Positions 17,841-26,966 of a stretch of DNA of 64,000 bases are shown here, in pieces (positions within the stretch are counted from its first letter, which is position 1; every line of letters starts with the position of its first letter). The stretch comes from a virus (Duplodnaviria > Caudoviricetes), in the IMG/VR virus record IMGVR_UViG_643348505_000006; one strand, given 5' to 3'. The notes beneath the pieces were generated by a model, which was not told the origin of the DNA, searched no databases, and saw only the letters and a program-made list of their open reading frames with translations. The position numbers and the translations under genes are program-made.

Positions 17841-19393
17841 GAGAGCGGCTCATCGGCTTCACCGGAGATCCGGGCCGAGAACGCAGCACGAGCGAGTTGC
17901 TCGACAAAGGCATTGACGCCCATGGCGCTGACTTGAGCCGCAAGGATCGCCTGTGCCTCCGCGATCGACGTCGCTTTGCTCAATGCCTCGGCCAAACCAT
18001 CGACCACGGGCGGTGTCATCTCCTGCCAATCATCAGCCGAGATCTGGCCGGCTGCCGCATCGATAGCATCGCGATCGGCGCGGGCCATCTGGCTTTGGGT
18101 GGCAATCGCAGGCGGTGTGCTGTCCGCCTGATCGGCAGGCGGCTGTGCTGCCGCTGCGGCCGGCTTCAGGATTTCCTCGTCCTTGCCTGGGTCAGGCAGG
18201 CCAATCTTGTCGCGCATGGTGGACATGCCGACTTTCAAGCCGAGCGGGACGAGCTTGACGACATTAGCAACCAGATTGTTGACATCGATATCGTCGGGAC
18301 GTCCGATGCAGATCTTCGGATAATTTTTTCGGGGGCCACGATTGAACGATACCAGTGGCACGACAACATCCCGATTTAGGGTCGCGGCCAACTGGCGGGC
18401 ATCAGCCCGCTCGATATCTTCACGCACACCGTCATGCACCTTGCCGACCGCATAGCCGCCAGCCTGTGCATCGGTGGTAGCCGTCTGTCCCAGGACAAGC
18501 TTGGATATTTGCCGGTCCAGCCAGTCGGACCGCCGTTCATAGAGATCGAGGCTACCGGACAATTGCGCCTGGACAAACTCAATCGCCATGCTTTCTGGCA
18601 CGATGGCGGCATAATCGGCCGCGATGCTGGAGACGGCCCGCAGCAGCTTTTCTTTGTCGGGCTCGCTTGCGCCAGCGCCATATTTGCCCAGCCGCAACGG
18701 CTGGCCATAAGCCTCGCAGAAGATGGCCCAATCCGAAGTCGTGAAGGTCTTGAATAGATAGGTCCAAGCCGCTGATCGGGCCAAGCCGCCACGAATGGTC
18801 AGGCCCGATTTGACCTTGGCGCGATGCACAATCCATTTGGCTGGCCAGAGATCTTCGTCACCGGCCGGACCACGCAGTCTCAAGGTCTCTCCATCATTGC
18901 GATCGAATCGGAACCATCGTGGATCATTCCATTTGAGCGCCCTGATTGACCACTGGCCTTCGGATGTGTCCCAGATGATTTCGGTGGCGCTGAAGCTCTT
19001 TCCGACGGCATCGAGGATATCGAACAGCTCGTCCTCAAAGGTATCGCGGGATATAAAGTCGCGCACGAGGTCGGCATCGCGGACATCATCTGCACTATCG
19101 CTGGCTGCCTCAACCGTGATGTCCAGTCCGGCGACCTGTCGTTTGCGCACACCCAGAACACCAGCATAATGCTCGTTGCGTTCCTCCATGTCCTCCGCAA
19201 GCTCAAGGTAGCGCTCCGGATCGCCATCAATGGCCTCGCGCAGAATGCGGGCAAGTTTCTGGGGTGTCAGACCGGGTGCCTGATGATTGCCAGCCGCTTG
19301 GCGAACGCCAGTCGTCGTCGGCCCGCCTTGCTCCTGCTTCATCGCGGCCTTGACGATCGGGTTGCCATACTGGTCGAGGATCTGGGCCATCAA
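17837..19393 (-). CDS. Portal protein (Mu gp29, DUF935)
   Basis: YLELAEDMEER..H..VLGVRK, YGQPLRLGKY, QISKLVLGQT. Confidence 0.93.
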   Translation of the reverse strand: MMAQILDQYGNPIVKAAMKQEQGGPTTTGVRQAAGNHQAPGLTPQKLARILREAIDGDPERYLELAEDMEERNEHYAGVLGVRKRQVAGLDITVEAASDSADDVRDADLVRDFISRDTFEDELFDILDAVGKSFSATEIIWDTSEGQWSIRALKWNDPRWFRFDRNDGETLRLRGPAGDEDLWPAKWIVHRAKVKSGLTIRGGLARSAAWTYLFKTFTTSDWAIFCEAYGQPLRLGKYGAGASEPDKEKLLRAVSSIAADYAAIVPESMAIEFVQAQLSGSLDLYERRSDWLDRQISKLVLGQTATTDAQAGGYAVGKVHDGVREDIERADARQLAATLNRDVVVPLVSFNRGPRKNYPKICIGRPDDIDVNNLVANVVKLVPLGLKVGMSTMRDKIGLPDPGKDEEILKPAAAAAQPPADQADSTPPAIATQSQMARADRDAIDAAAGQISADDWQEMTPPVVDGLAEALSKATSIAEAQAILAAQVSAMGVNAFVEQLARAAFSARISGEADEPLS

Positions 19394-21033
19394 AAGCCTC
19401 CACGTTTGTTTCTGAGCGACGACATGCGAAACGGTCGCTCATCGTCTCTGGAGGGTGTTTCTGACGAGCGGGACGCAGACGGCGGTGCTGGTTGGTAATC
19501 GAATTCACACCACTGCATACGGCTTGCGAAATGGGCCAAGGCCAGCGCGATCGCATAGTCCCCGTGGCGTTTCTTGTTTTTCTCGCCCGTACGCGCTTCC
19601 GGCACCATTGGAATGCCGCGTATCACTTTGACCAAGCGAAGATCGGAAAGATGGTCTGCGTTCTTGGAAATGGAAATTGCCGCGTCTTCAAACGCGGTTT
19701 TAAGCGGCGGCATATGGATACGATACCAGTCCTGCGAAAACTTGATCGCGTGAACCAGACCACCTTCATTGTCCTTATCCCTCAGGCCAAAAAGCCGCCC
19801 CATGTCTTCGGCAACTGTCCAACCCATGCCGGTGGCGTCGAAGGCCGCCCCGACCAAACGCGGGGCACGTCGAAGGATTTTCTCTGTGATTTGTTTTTGT
19901 TCGTCGCCCGGCACCTTGCGCAGTTCGACGGTCAACGCGCTTTTGCGATTGAGCTTCTTGTCAATCGCCAACAGTTTCCCGACCGAAAGGTCAGCAACGC
20001 GCGCAAAGTCAAAACCGAAGGCATGCATCAATGCCGGATCAAGCTTGTCCAGCGCCTCGTCCAGCTCCTCCATGAATGGAGCTAGCAATTTTGCGCGTTC
20101 AAGTTCCGACAGATGCAAATAGTTGTCAGGAAGATCAAGCGTCAGGACCGGAGCATCCGACGTCATGCGCGCTTCGATCAGGGGCGAGGTCAACCAGGCG
20201 CCAGACCCCATGGAGGCAACACAGAACAACTCTTCGTCCGCACCATCGCCGTAAAAGTCGATGATGTCTTCGCGCCAGTCGGCTTCGTTTTCAGGGGACC
20301 ATTCCTGATTGGTGACGAGGCAAATCCGCTCGTAGAGGCCATCCCGCAGCGCGTCGTCAAAGTCGATCTTGATGTGATCGTATTTGTTACGACCGCCGAG
20401 GATGTTTTGGATCTGGAGGTTAAACTCGTTTTCCGCGCCATTGTGAGTGGAGCAAACGACAACTTGGCCGCCCCACATCAGGAACGCCAGTGCGGCCTTC
20501 AGCAGCTCCGGCAAGCTATCGACGAACGCCGCCTCATCGATCATCACCACACCCTGCTTACCGCGCAGAGTGCGTGGCGCTGAAGAAAGGGCCAGCACTT
20601 CGAACCCTGAGGCAAAGCGAATACGGAAGGCCTGAATAGAGCGATCACCGTCTTCGGTCTTATCTTCGAAGACGAACTCTTCCATTTCCATGGCGGCCAA
20701 CGAGTAGGCACGAGCCCACATCGCGCAGGCGTCGATAAACTCGCGGGTCATCTCCTGGCTATAGGAGATATACATCACGTCCATGCCACCGGCGCTCTTT
20801 GCCCTGGCGGCGCGCAATGCGGCATAGGAGGCAAAGCCCCATGTCAGACCGATACGACGGCTTTTCTCAACGAAGAGAACCTTGCAAGCCGAGCTTTCAA
20901 GGAGACCAACTGTCCGCGACTGATACGGCAATAGTGCCTTGCCAAGGCCTTCCTTCCCGACCAAGCCGAGGACGGCATCTGTAGAAAACCGTCGAGCTTT
21001 CGCCCATTCTTCCTTGCTGACAGGACCGGTCAT
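19390..21033 (-). CDS. Terminase large subunit (Mu gp28-like)
   Basis: EKSRRIGLTW (Walker A variant), VMIDEAAF, STHNG, FDATGMG, HGD. Confidence 0.92.
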   Translation of the reverse strand: MTGPVSKEEWAKARRFSTDAVLGLVGKEGLGKALLPYQSRTVGLLESSACKVLFVEKSRRIGLTWGFASYAALRAARAKSAGGMDVMYISYSQEMTREFIDACAMWARAYSLAAMEMEEFVFEDKTEDGDRSIQAFRIRFASGFEVLALSSAPRTLRGKQGVVMIDEAAFVDSLPELLKAALAFLMWGGQVVVCSTHNGAENEFNLQIQNILGGRNKYDHIKIDFDDALRDGLYERICLVTNQEWSPENEADWREDIIDFYGDGADEELFCVASMGSGAWLTSPLIEARMTSDAPVLTLDLPDNYLHLSELERAKLLAPFMEELDEALDKLDPALMHAFGFDFARVADLSVGKLLAIDKKLNRKSALTVELRKVPGDEQKQITEKILRRAPRLVGAAFDATGMGWTVAEDMGRLFGLRDKDNEGGLVHAIKFSQDWYRIHMPPLKTAFEDAAISISKNADHLSDLRLVKVIRGIPMVPEARTGEKNKKRHGDYAIALALAHFASRMQWCEFDYQPAPPSASRSSETPSRDDERPFRMSSLRNKRGGF

Positions 21034-21614
21034 TTCTCGACACCAAGAATTTTCGCGAGGATTTCATCAGCAGCTTCAGCGGAAAGGCCCTTGGATTTGG
21101 TGACGGTCGCCACGGCTTCCTTTGCCTTCTCTGCAAAATGTGCCTCGACTTTCCTGCGCCGGTCCGACGAAACCGATTGGGCCTGGGCCGCTTTGTGAAC
21201 GGCAGCAGCAAGCGCGGCGATGCCTTTCGGATCGATTGTTCCTTTTTTGGTTCGGGCACAGGCCAAAACGAGACCCTTGATGGCTTCTGTCGCGACAAGC
21301 GTTAGATCGTCGCTTTTCCCGGCATCAAAGGTTGAAGCAACGGCCGATGCCATTTCTCTCGCTTCGTTGATCTGACGCGTCAGTTCGTCCAGGTTCACCG
21401 AGTATCTGTTGAAAGAGCTGAGGCTGGGGATCTTGAATTCGAGTTCGCCACGGGATTCCCTCTGCACCTGTTCAAGCCTAGTGACAAATTCCTGGTAGAT
21501 ATCCACCTGAGAGGTGGTGGTATCCTGAAGCTGCTCTGCCGCCCATTGGACCACATGGCTGCATTCCCTCGGCAGCAGTTGGAGCGAACTCAGTCGGCCG
21601 CGTCCCTTCGCCAT
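21030..21614 (-). CDS. Terminase small subunit (Mu gp27, DUF3486)
   Basis: GRGRLSS..LLP...SLSSFNRY; directly upstream of the large terminase. Confidence 0.85.
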   Translation of the reverse strand: MAKGRGRLSSLQLLPRECSHVVQWAAEQLQDTTTSQVDIYQEFVTRLEQVQRESRGELEFKIPSLSSFNRYSVNLDELTRQINEAREMASAVASTFDAGKSDDLTLVATEAIKGLVLACARTKKGTIDPKGIAALAAAVHKAAQAQSVSSDRRRKVEAHFAEKAKEAVATVTKSKGLSAEAADEILAKILGVEK

Positions 21615-21616
21615 GA

Positions 21617-21934
21617 TCAGATCCCCGGCCGGCGCGGGCGCTGGACACCCTGAATGGTGATTTCCCGGTCAAGGTGACGTTTTCCATGATCCGTCAGGGT
21701 GGCGATTTTCACGTCCTCATCAACATCGAGAACCTTCACCGCACTCAAATTGCGCAGATATTCGATCTGCTGATTGACCCATGGCAGATCCTGATAGATG
21801 GCACTCAGACGAAGCGCCCCGTCGAAAAACGGGGACGACAGACTTTCGTTGGTCTGCTTTGCCAGCTCCTGAAGAATGACCAGACGGGCTTTCTCCCTGG
21901 TCAGTTTTTCATAATCAACCGCGATGCTGTTCAT
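21617..21934 (-). CDS. Mu gp26-like winged-helix protein
   Basis: RLVILQELA...QQIEYL...ATLT..G; conserved position in Mu-like phages. Confidence 0.7.
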   Translation of the reverse strand: MNSIAVDYEKLTREKARLVILQELAKQTNESLSSPFFDGALRLSAIYQDLPWVNQQIEYLRNLSAVKVLDVDEDVKIATLTDHGKRHLDREITIQGVQRPRRPGI

Positions 21935-22298
21935 GCTTTGCTTGCTCCAAAAGGACTTCGTTCAGCCGTTCGCCCATAGCCTGGATGGGGGCTAGTTTTT
22001 GCTCCATGGCCGAAAATCGGCCTGCTTGTGCAACTTCGATCGTGTTGAGACGCCCGGCGATTTCCGCCATGGACAGTTCAAGGCGGTGGGTCGTTCCGCG
22101 ATCAGGCAGATGCTTCAGCTCGCTCTCGATCGCCTGGATGCGCCGGTCGTATTCGACCAGCTTCGATTCCGCTTTGACCATCCGCTCTTCGAGCTTCTTT
22201 TCACCGGTCGACATCATCGTGCGGAACTGCGTGAGCAGGTTGATGCTGTTGAGCGCCAGCGAGATCAGGACGCCGATGGCTGTCATATCGAGGATCAT
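21915..22298 (-). CDS. DUF2730 / Mu gp25-like membrane-anchored coiled-coil protein
   Basis: N-terminal hydrophobic segment; ESELKHLP..HRLEL motif. Confidence 0.75.
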   Translation of the reverse strand: MILDMTAIGVLISLALNSINLLTQFRTMMSTGEKKLEERMVKAESKLVEYDRRIQAIESELKHLPDRGTTHRLELSMAEIAGRLNTIEVAQAGRFSAMEQKLAPIQAMGERLNEVLLEQAKHEQHRG

Positions 22299-22513
22299 CG
22301 GCAATAGACCTCACGCTCGATCGACGTCTGACAATCGATGCAACGGGCAGCGGCCGGATAGGCCAGTCGGCGCGCCTGGGGGATGGCTTGCCCGCAATCG
22401 ATGCACTCGTCTGCGCCGGCCTTGTTCAGATCCGCACGGGCTGCGGCGACCTTGGCCGCGCGCTCTTGCTCAACCCGTTCCTCCGCCAACTCAAAATGAA
22501 TGTTACTGAGCAT
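22295..22513 (-). CDS. TraR/DksA C4 zinc-finger protein
   Basis: CIDCG..IPQARR..P.AARCIDCQ. Confidence 0.88.
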   Translation of the reverse strand: MLSNIHFELAEERVEQERAAKVAAARADLNKAGADECIDCGQAIPQARRLAYPAAARCIDCQTSIEREVYCR

Positions 22514-22778
22514 TGGAACCCCCGGACACGCCGGCAGCGCGGCGCGCTTCACAAGCCCGTAGGGCAGTGCGATCCTTGCCCCAATAGGACGTGGTTTCCG
22601 GCTCATTCAGCCGACGATCGGGCAATGGAACAGGAGGATCGCAGGGCACCTTGGATGCCTTCGGGACTTCGCGCTCGACATAGACTGTCTTGACCACTGG
22701 CGGGGTCTCAGCGCTGATTGAGCAAGCGGACGCGATCGCGGCCAATGCCACCAGTGCCATCATCGGGCAGAGACGCAT
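22503..22778 (-). CDS. o-spanin (Rz1-like lipoprotein)
   Basis: Lipobox IASAC, Pro-rich; starts inside the 3' end of the i-spanin in another frame. Confidence 0.75.
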   Translation of the reverse strand: MRLCPMMALVALAAIASACSISAETPPVVKTVYVEREVPKASKVPCDPPVPLPDRRLNEPETTSYWGKDRTALRACEARRAAGVSGGSNAQ

Positions 22779-23061
22779 TCTGTTTCTCCAAGGTGTCGGC
22801 ACGTTGATTGGCGGCCTCGATCTGATCGCGAGCCGCGTCCTGCGCGGCCATGGTTTGTTTAAGGGTCTCGGCAATCTTTGCCTGGGCTGCTGCGTTCGAT
22901 TTCTCGATCTCCGCGCGCCAATAGTTGTCTCGCTCGCTGCGGGCCGTTTTGGCAGCCTTGTCGACCATGCTCTCGATCTTGCCGATCGCGGCTACACCGC
23001 CCCAGACGATGGCGGCAAGAACCGCAAGGGCAACCAGACCGGCGATAAGGTAACGGCTCAT
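22708..23061 (-). CDS. i-spanin (Rz-like)
   Basis: N-terminal TM segment plus Ala/Gln coiled coil, within the lysis cassette. Confidence 0.75.
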   Translation of the reverse strand: MSRYLIAGLVALAVLAAIVWGGVAAIGKIESMVDKAAKTARSERDNYWRAEIEKSNAAAQAKIAETLKQTMAAQDAARDQIEAANQRADTLEKQNASLPDDGTGGIGRDRVRLLNQR

Positions 23062-23330
23062 GACTGACCTCCGGCGGGAGGCTCAAGACAAGGCGGGTCC
23101 GGCTTTGCGCCCCGCGTCATTGCCCGCATATCAAGAGAGCCGAAGGCACGATGGACACCCAGCAGCGCAACGATAAGGCCGACCATGCTTGGCACGGTGA
23201 CATTGCCGAACGCCACGGCCTGTTCAGAACCAAGGCAAGCGCCGATGGTCAGGGTCAGGATGACAGTCCAGGCCAAGGCACCTGAACACCAGAGCCATTG
23301 CTTGGATGTGGTGTAGGACGGCTTTTCCAT
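23058..23330 (-). CDS. Putative holin
   Basis: 90 aa with two TM segments, between endolysin and spanins. Confidence 0.6.
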   Translation of the reverse strand: MEKPSYTTSKQWLWCSGALAWTVILTLTIGACLGSEQAVAFGNVTVPSMVGLIVALLGVHRAFGSLDMRAMTRGAKPDPPCLEPPAGGQS

Positions 23331-23506
23331 CAGTCGTCACTCCATGTCTGGCGGACCATCCAGGCAAACGGAATGACCAACAAACCGCAGGCAACCGTAT
23401 GCAAAAAGCCAGCTCCAATGATCCAACCTGAAGCGACGGAAACAAACAGGTAGACGGCGACAAACAGCGCCGTCATCCCGATCTTGCGCTTGAGGCTGAT
23501 CTTCAT
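23330..23506 (-). CDS. Small two-TM protein (holin/antiholin candidate, 58 aa; not in ORF track)
   Basis: MKISLKRKIGMTALFVAVYLFVSVASGWIIGAGFLHTVACGLLVIPFAWMVRQTWSDD; coupled at both ends and conserved in prophage 2. Confidence 0.65.
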   Translation of the reverse strand: MKISLKRKIGMTALFVAVYLFVSVASGWIIGAGFLHTVACGLLVIPFAWMVRQTWSDD

Positions 23507-24009
23507 ACGATGGCCGCCTGAAAATGCATGCCGTCACGGCGTTGCGGCGACCAGTCACCACCCCATATCCAGCCTTCGGCCTTGAAGGCATCGACCACGC
23601 GCGGGTCCATGTCAGGCGTAGGATCGCCAAGACCGTTATGAGACGGGTCGAGATCGACCGCGCAGCCGTAAGCATGCATGGAAAGCGCGGACTTGCCGCG
23701 CATCTGCCGCCAGTTATAACCACCACCGATCAGATGCAGGTTCTTGGCTTCAATGGTCTTCTGGTTTTTGCCGAAGATATCCCAGATATTGCCGAGAACC
23801 CGGCCAAGGCTGCCAGCGACCTTCGTGTGAACGCGAAAGGATTTGAGCGGGATTGATGTGTCCCAGGCGGCAACAGCCTTCCATGGGATCGGCACGAGGA
23901 CAAGGTTCGCCTTCTCCCAGGCCAGATCAGGCCCGGCAACGCCCTTGGTGATTTTGAGGTTCTTGCCGTAGAAATCGGCAACGGCGGACTGTTGAGGCCA
24001 ATTGTTCAT
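23503..24009 (-). CDS. Endolysin, M15-family peptidase
   Basis: GGYNWR, SMHAYGCAVD, WIWGG.W..DGMHFQ. Confidence 0.92.
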   Translation of the reverse strand: MNNWPQQSAVADFYGKNLKITKGVAGPDLAWEKANLVLVPIPWKAVAAWDTSIPLKSFRVHTKVAGSLGRVLGNIWDIFGKNQKTIEAKNLHLIGGGYNWRQMRGKSALSMHAYGCAVDLDPSHNGLGDPTPDMDPRVVDAFKAEGWIWGGDWSPQRRDGMHFQAAIV

Positions 24010-24027
24010 GATCGTTCCCAGCTAAAG

Positions 24028-24052
24028 AAAAAAGCCGGGCAAGACCGGCTTT
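24028..24052 (-). terminator. Terminator-like hairpin in the lysis-operon leader
   Basis: AAAGCCGG-N6-CCGGCTTT followed by further Ts on the minus strand. Confidence 0.5.
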
Positions 24053-24086
24053 GCTGAGGACGAGTTTTGCTCGTTACGGGCGCATC

Positions 24087-24111
24087 AAAACAGCCGGTAG
24101 GGTAACCGGGT
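24087..24111 (-). promoter_or_regulatory. Late-promoter activator box upstream of lysis genes
   Basis: AAAACAGCCGGTAGGGTAACCGGGT, abutting the stop codon of the Mor/C-like gene. Confidence 0.78.
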
Positions 24112-24470
24112 CAAAATTCGAAAAGATCGAGTTGATTGGTTTCGCCGGAACGCAGCCATTTGCTCACTGTCTTATGTGTCGTGTGCAGTTGGCGGGCAAT
24201 GTCGTTCGTGTTCAGCCCCTTATTATACTTTAAATGGCTGGCGATAAAGGGCTTTGCTGTGGGCACATATAATGGACCAGAACCGACCTTGGCTGCCAGA
24301 CTGATAGCGGCGGCCTTGCCGAGTTCTTCGGCCACTGCGGACCCCGTCTGAGGACTTTCCGAGAGGTAGACATACGACCCTCCGAAGGCCAGGAGGAACT
24401 GGATAGCCTTCTCGATGCCGACCGCCGTCACATACGGCTGAACATGGGCGGGAACGCGGATTTCAGCCAC
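24111..24470 (-). CDS. Mor/C-family late transcription activator
   Basis: FLLAFGGSYVY, C-terminal HTH (NDIARQLHTTHKTVSKWL); Mu C position upstream of lysis genes. Confidence 0.82.
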   Translation of the reverse strand: MAEIRVPAHVQPYVTAVGIEKAIQFLLAFGGSYVYLSESPQTGSAVAEELGKAAAISLAAKVGSGPLYVPTAKPFIASHLKYNKGLNTNDIARQLHTTHKTVSKWLRSGETNQLDLFEF

Positions 24471-24654
24471 GGCGCACCTCCAGCTGCTGTTCGAGGATCA
24501 GGATTTCGCGGGTCACGGCTTTCAATTCTCCAAGCTTTTCGAATTTGCCGCGTTCGTGCGGCCTCATGGTTTCAATGCGCCTTACAAGCGCTTCACGGCG
24601 GTCCTGAAGCCTCTTCAAGTCACCCTTGAGAAAGAGAGGCAGGACCGGCGTCAT
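24463..24654 (-). CDS. Hypothetical coiled-coil protein (63 aa)
   Basis: ATG 24654; coupled within the operon. Confidence 0.55.
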   Translation of the reverse strand: MTPVLPLFLKGDLKRLQDRREALVRRIETMRPHERGKFEKLGELKAVTREILILEQQLEVRRG

Positions 24655-24656
24655 CT

Positions 24657-24914
24657 TCAGATCCTCTTGCCCGGCTGGACGCGAAAGCAGGTCACGACGC
24701 CTTCGTCCTGGATGACGAATTTCATCCCATCGGCAATCACCTTGGCCGCGCCGAACCGAACGCCGGTGCTGCACATGATGCGGATCTCGGTGCGGATCGC
24801 CTCGACATCGATGCCGTGCCGGCGCTCCAGAAAGCGCAGAACAGCGTGGTCGGTCACGACGGCAATGGTGAAGCCGGTTTCCGGCATGGGCTTGGCTGGC
24901 GGCTTTTGGCTCAT
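24657..24914 (-). CDS. Hypothetical protein with VTDHAVLRFLER motif (possible RelE-like fold)
   Basis: Motif recurrent in small phage proteins; ATGA overlap with the upstream gene. Confidence 0.55.
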   Translation of the reverse strand: MSQKPPAKPMPETGFTIAVVTDHAVLRFLERRHGIDVEAIRTEIRIMCSTGVRFGAAKVIADGMKFVIQDEGVVTCFRVQPGKRI

Positions 24915-25348
24915 GCGCGCCGCTCCCACTTGATCAAGACACCTTGGAAGACGTTCTTGTCATGACTGTCGCGCCAAAACCGGCCCATGGTTTCCCGTGC
25001 CGTCGCGCCGATCAACTTTGCCGGTGCGATGCCTTTCAGCCGGATCGGATCAAAACCGTCCGAGGCCGCGAATGGCTCAATCTCATCACGGTGCAGCGGT
25101 TGGCCGTTGATGGCGATGTAGGCAATGCCAGCGTCGATCAAGTCGCTCGACATGATGACGATCGGCAGTACCTCAATGCAGATCGGATCGTCGATGATCT
25201 TTCGGCAGTACCGGGTCCGCAGCCCCTGGAAGAGCTGGACGGGTTCGCCAACATGGGCATGGCGGCGGCGATGCCCCCGGATGGTGTGGGTTTTGGTGCC
25301 ATCTTCGATCTGTGCCGCGAAGAATTTTTTGAAGCCGTAGGATACCAT
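24911..25348 (-). CDS. ASCH/PUA-like domain protein
   Basis: F...I.DGTKTHTIR..RR.HA.VGE.VQL..G.RT motif and later FAASDGF. Confidence 0.7.
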   Translation of the reverse strand: MVSYGFKKFFAAQIEDGTKTHTIRGHRRRHAHVGEPVQLFQGLRTRYCRKIIDDPICIEVLPIVIMSSDLIDAGIAYIAINGQPLHRDEIEPFAASDGFDPIRLKGIAPAKLIGATARETMGRFWRDSHDKNVFQGVLIKWERRA

Positions 25349-25518
25349 CAGGCACCTGCCTTTTTGACGGTGTCCTGCTCAACCGGATCAGTCGGGTTAT
25401 CCTCGGACTTGGCCGGGAAAAGCTTGCGAAGATCGAAGCCACCGGTGGAACGGATATTCATGGTTCCATCGCGGTTCAGCTTCATGGTGATAGTGGCCGG
25501 CTTTTTTTTCTTCGCCAT
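25348..25518 (-). CDS. Small basic hypothetical protein (56 aa)
   Basis: MAKKKKPAT...; TGATG overlaps on both sides. Confidence 0.5.
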   Translation of the reverse strand: MAKKKKPATITMKLNRDGTMNIRSTGGFDLRKLFPAKSEDNPTDPVEQDTVKKAGA

Positions 25519-26165
25519 CACGCACCTGCCTTCTGGGCGCGTACCCGTTCGCCCAGGGCGTTCATGACGGTCTGCCACTGGCTCGGCTTCAAATCAGCCA
25601 GCCAGACATTTGACAGGCCGAGCAATGAGGCGACTTGCGCGTCAAAGCCCTTGCGTACGATCAGGCTTACGCCGGGATTGAGGATCTTCCACTGCGCCCA
25701 GGCGATCTTCGCGCCATCGCTGGCGAGCCACTCTTGGCCGTTGGTGTTGCCGAAGCCGACACCAGCCTCGCGGGCCAGCCATGTTTTCAGCCCCTCAATC
25801 GCTTTCTTGGCATCATCGGCGTGGTGCAGGAAGCGAACATGATCGAGACCGGTCTGGCGGGTGACAAAGGCCAACAATGCCGCATCGTCCCGGTTCTCGA
25901 CCACACCGAGGTTCCAGCCCGCGATCCACAGCGCCTGGAGCTTCTTGGCGAATTTTCCGACCAGCGGCTTGCGCTTGCCTGCGCTGGCCGGAGCCGGAGC
26001 AAAGCCTTCACCCCGAAACACCTTCAGCACCTTCTGGCGCTCTGCCTCTGTCATGTCTTTCGCGGATGGCTTGCCGGTGATGTTTTCGAGCTTGGCCCGG
26101 TAGGTGTCTTCGTCTAGGCCGAGATGCTTTTTGGCTACGTGAATGGCTGCGATCGAGGAGGTCAT
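25518..26165 (-). CDS. gemA: GemA / Mu gp16-like regulatory protein (DUF1018)
   Basis: IAAIHVAKKHLGLDEDTYRAKLENITGK.SAKDMT..E..KVL. Confidence 0.88.
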   Translation of the reverse strand: MTSSIAAIHVAKKHLGLDEDTYRAKLENITGKPSAKDMTEAERQKVLKVFRGEGFAPAPASAGKRKPLVGKFAKKLQALWIAGWNLGVVENRDDAALLAFVTRQTGLDHVRFLHHADDAKKAIEGLKTWLAREAGVGFGNTNGQEWLASDGAKIAWAQWKILNPGVSLIVRKGFDAQVASLLGLSNVWLADLKPSQWQTVMNALGERVRAQKAGA

Positions 26166-26452
26166 GACAGCACGCCTTCCTCGGTTAAATGGTGATACCA
26201 AACCTCATTTGGAAAAGCCCAAGCATGCCATCGTTCAAAGGCTGTAAGAGCCTCTTCTGTGTCGGCAGCTTCCGGGACGCCGGGTATCAACAGCACACCA
26301 TCCGTGTAGCCATGGCGCGCCTTTGCGTTTACCGCGTCTTCTATGGTTTCTTTTTCGCCACCAGCAAAGACGATTACGCCGTGGGGGATTGCGGCCTCGT
26401 CCTCAACAATGCCGATAACGCCAGCGCGGTCACAGTAGGCAACTGCAAACAT
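26162..26452 (-). CDS. Conserved phage protein (often labelled host-nuclease-inhibitor-like)
   Basis: AYC.RAG.I...ARHGY...LLIPGVPEA motif. Confidence 0.5.
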   Translation of the reverse strand: MFAVAYCDRAGVIGIVEDEAAIPHGVIVFAGGEKETIEDAVNAKARHGYTDGVLLIPGVPEAADTEEALTAFERWHAWAFPNEVWYHHLTEEGVLS

Positions 26453-26658
26453 TACTTGATCCTCCTATCGATCTGATCCGCCAATGCGCTGAGATTGATT
26501 TCGGACAAGGAAACTGCACCTACAGTCTTGGCTTGAGCTGCGTCGGAGATGTACGCATAGGTCACACCTTCATCCGTCGAAATCGTGCAACCTTCAGCGC
26601 TGAACTCAGCGATAAGTGCGGCCAAGATGGTGTCGTGGCGGGATTGGTCGGTGCTCAT
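26452..26658 (-). CDS. Hypothetical protein
   Basis: 68-aa ORF coupled within the middle operon. Confidence 0.55.
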   Translation of the reverse strand: MSTDQSRHDTILAALIAEFSAEGCTISTDEGVTYAYISDAAQAKTVGAVSLSEINLSALADQIDRRIK

Positions 26659-26966
26659 GCCGCACCCGCTTTCGTCGATCTACGTTCTTCTGCCGATTTT
26701 ACTTGCGGCGCATACGGCGATGGAACAACGCGACCCAGAGATGGAGCTGCATTTTTCTGCATCAGATGATCGGCGCCGACCTGAGACGGCGCGGGGCATG
26801 GCTCAATGGCGTTGATGGTGTTCAGGATGCCGCTCACCCCAAACGTCGCGCTGCACTCGAAGCGCACCAGCAACATGCGCTCCTGCTGTTCGTTGACGGG
26901 TCTGGCGTCTGCGCCGCAGACAGGGCAGGTCTTTTCGGCTTTCAGTTTTGCGTAAAGGTGGTTCAT
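26655..26966 (-). CDS. Cys-containing (Zn-ribbon-like) hypothetical protein
   Basis: CPVCG...FEC...C; homolog at 49333-49569. Confidence 0.65.
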   Translation of the reverse strand: MNHLYAKLKAEKTCPVCGADARPVNEQQERMLLVRFECSATFGVSGILNTINAIEPCPAPSQVGADHLMQKNAAPSLGRVVPSPYAPQVKSAEERRSTKAGAA

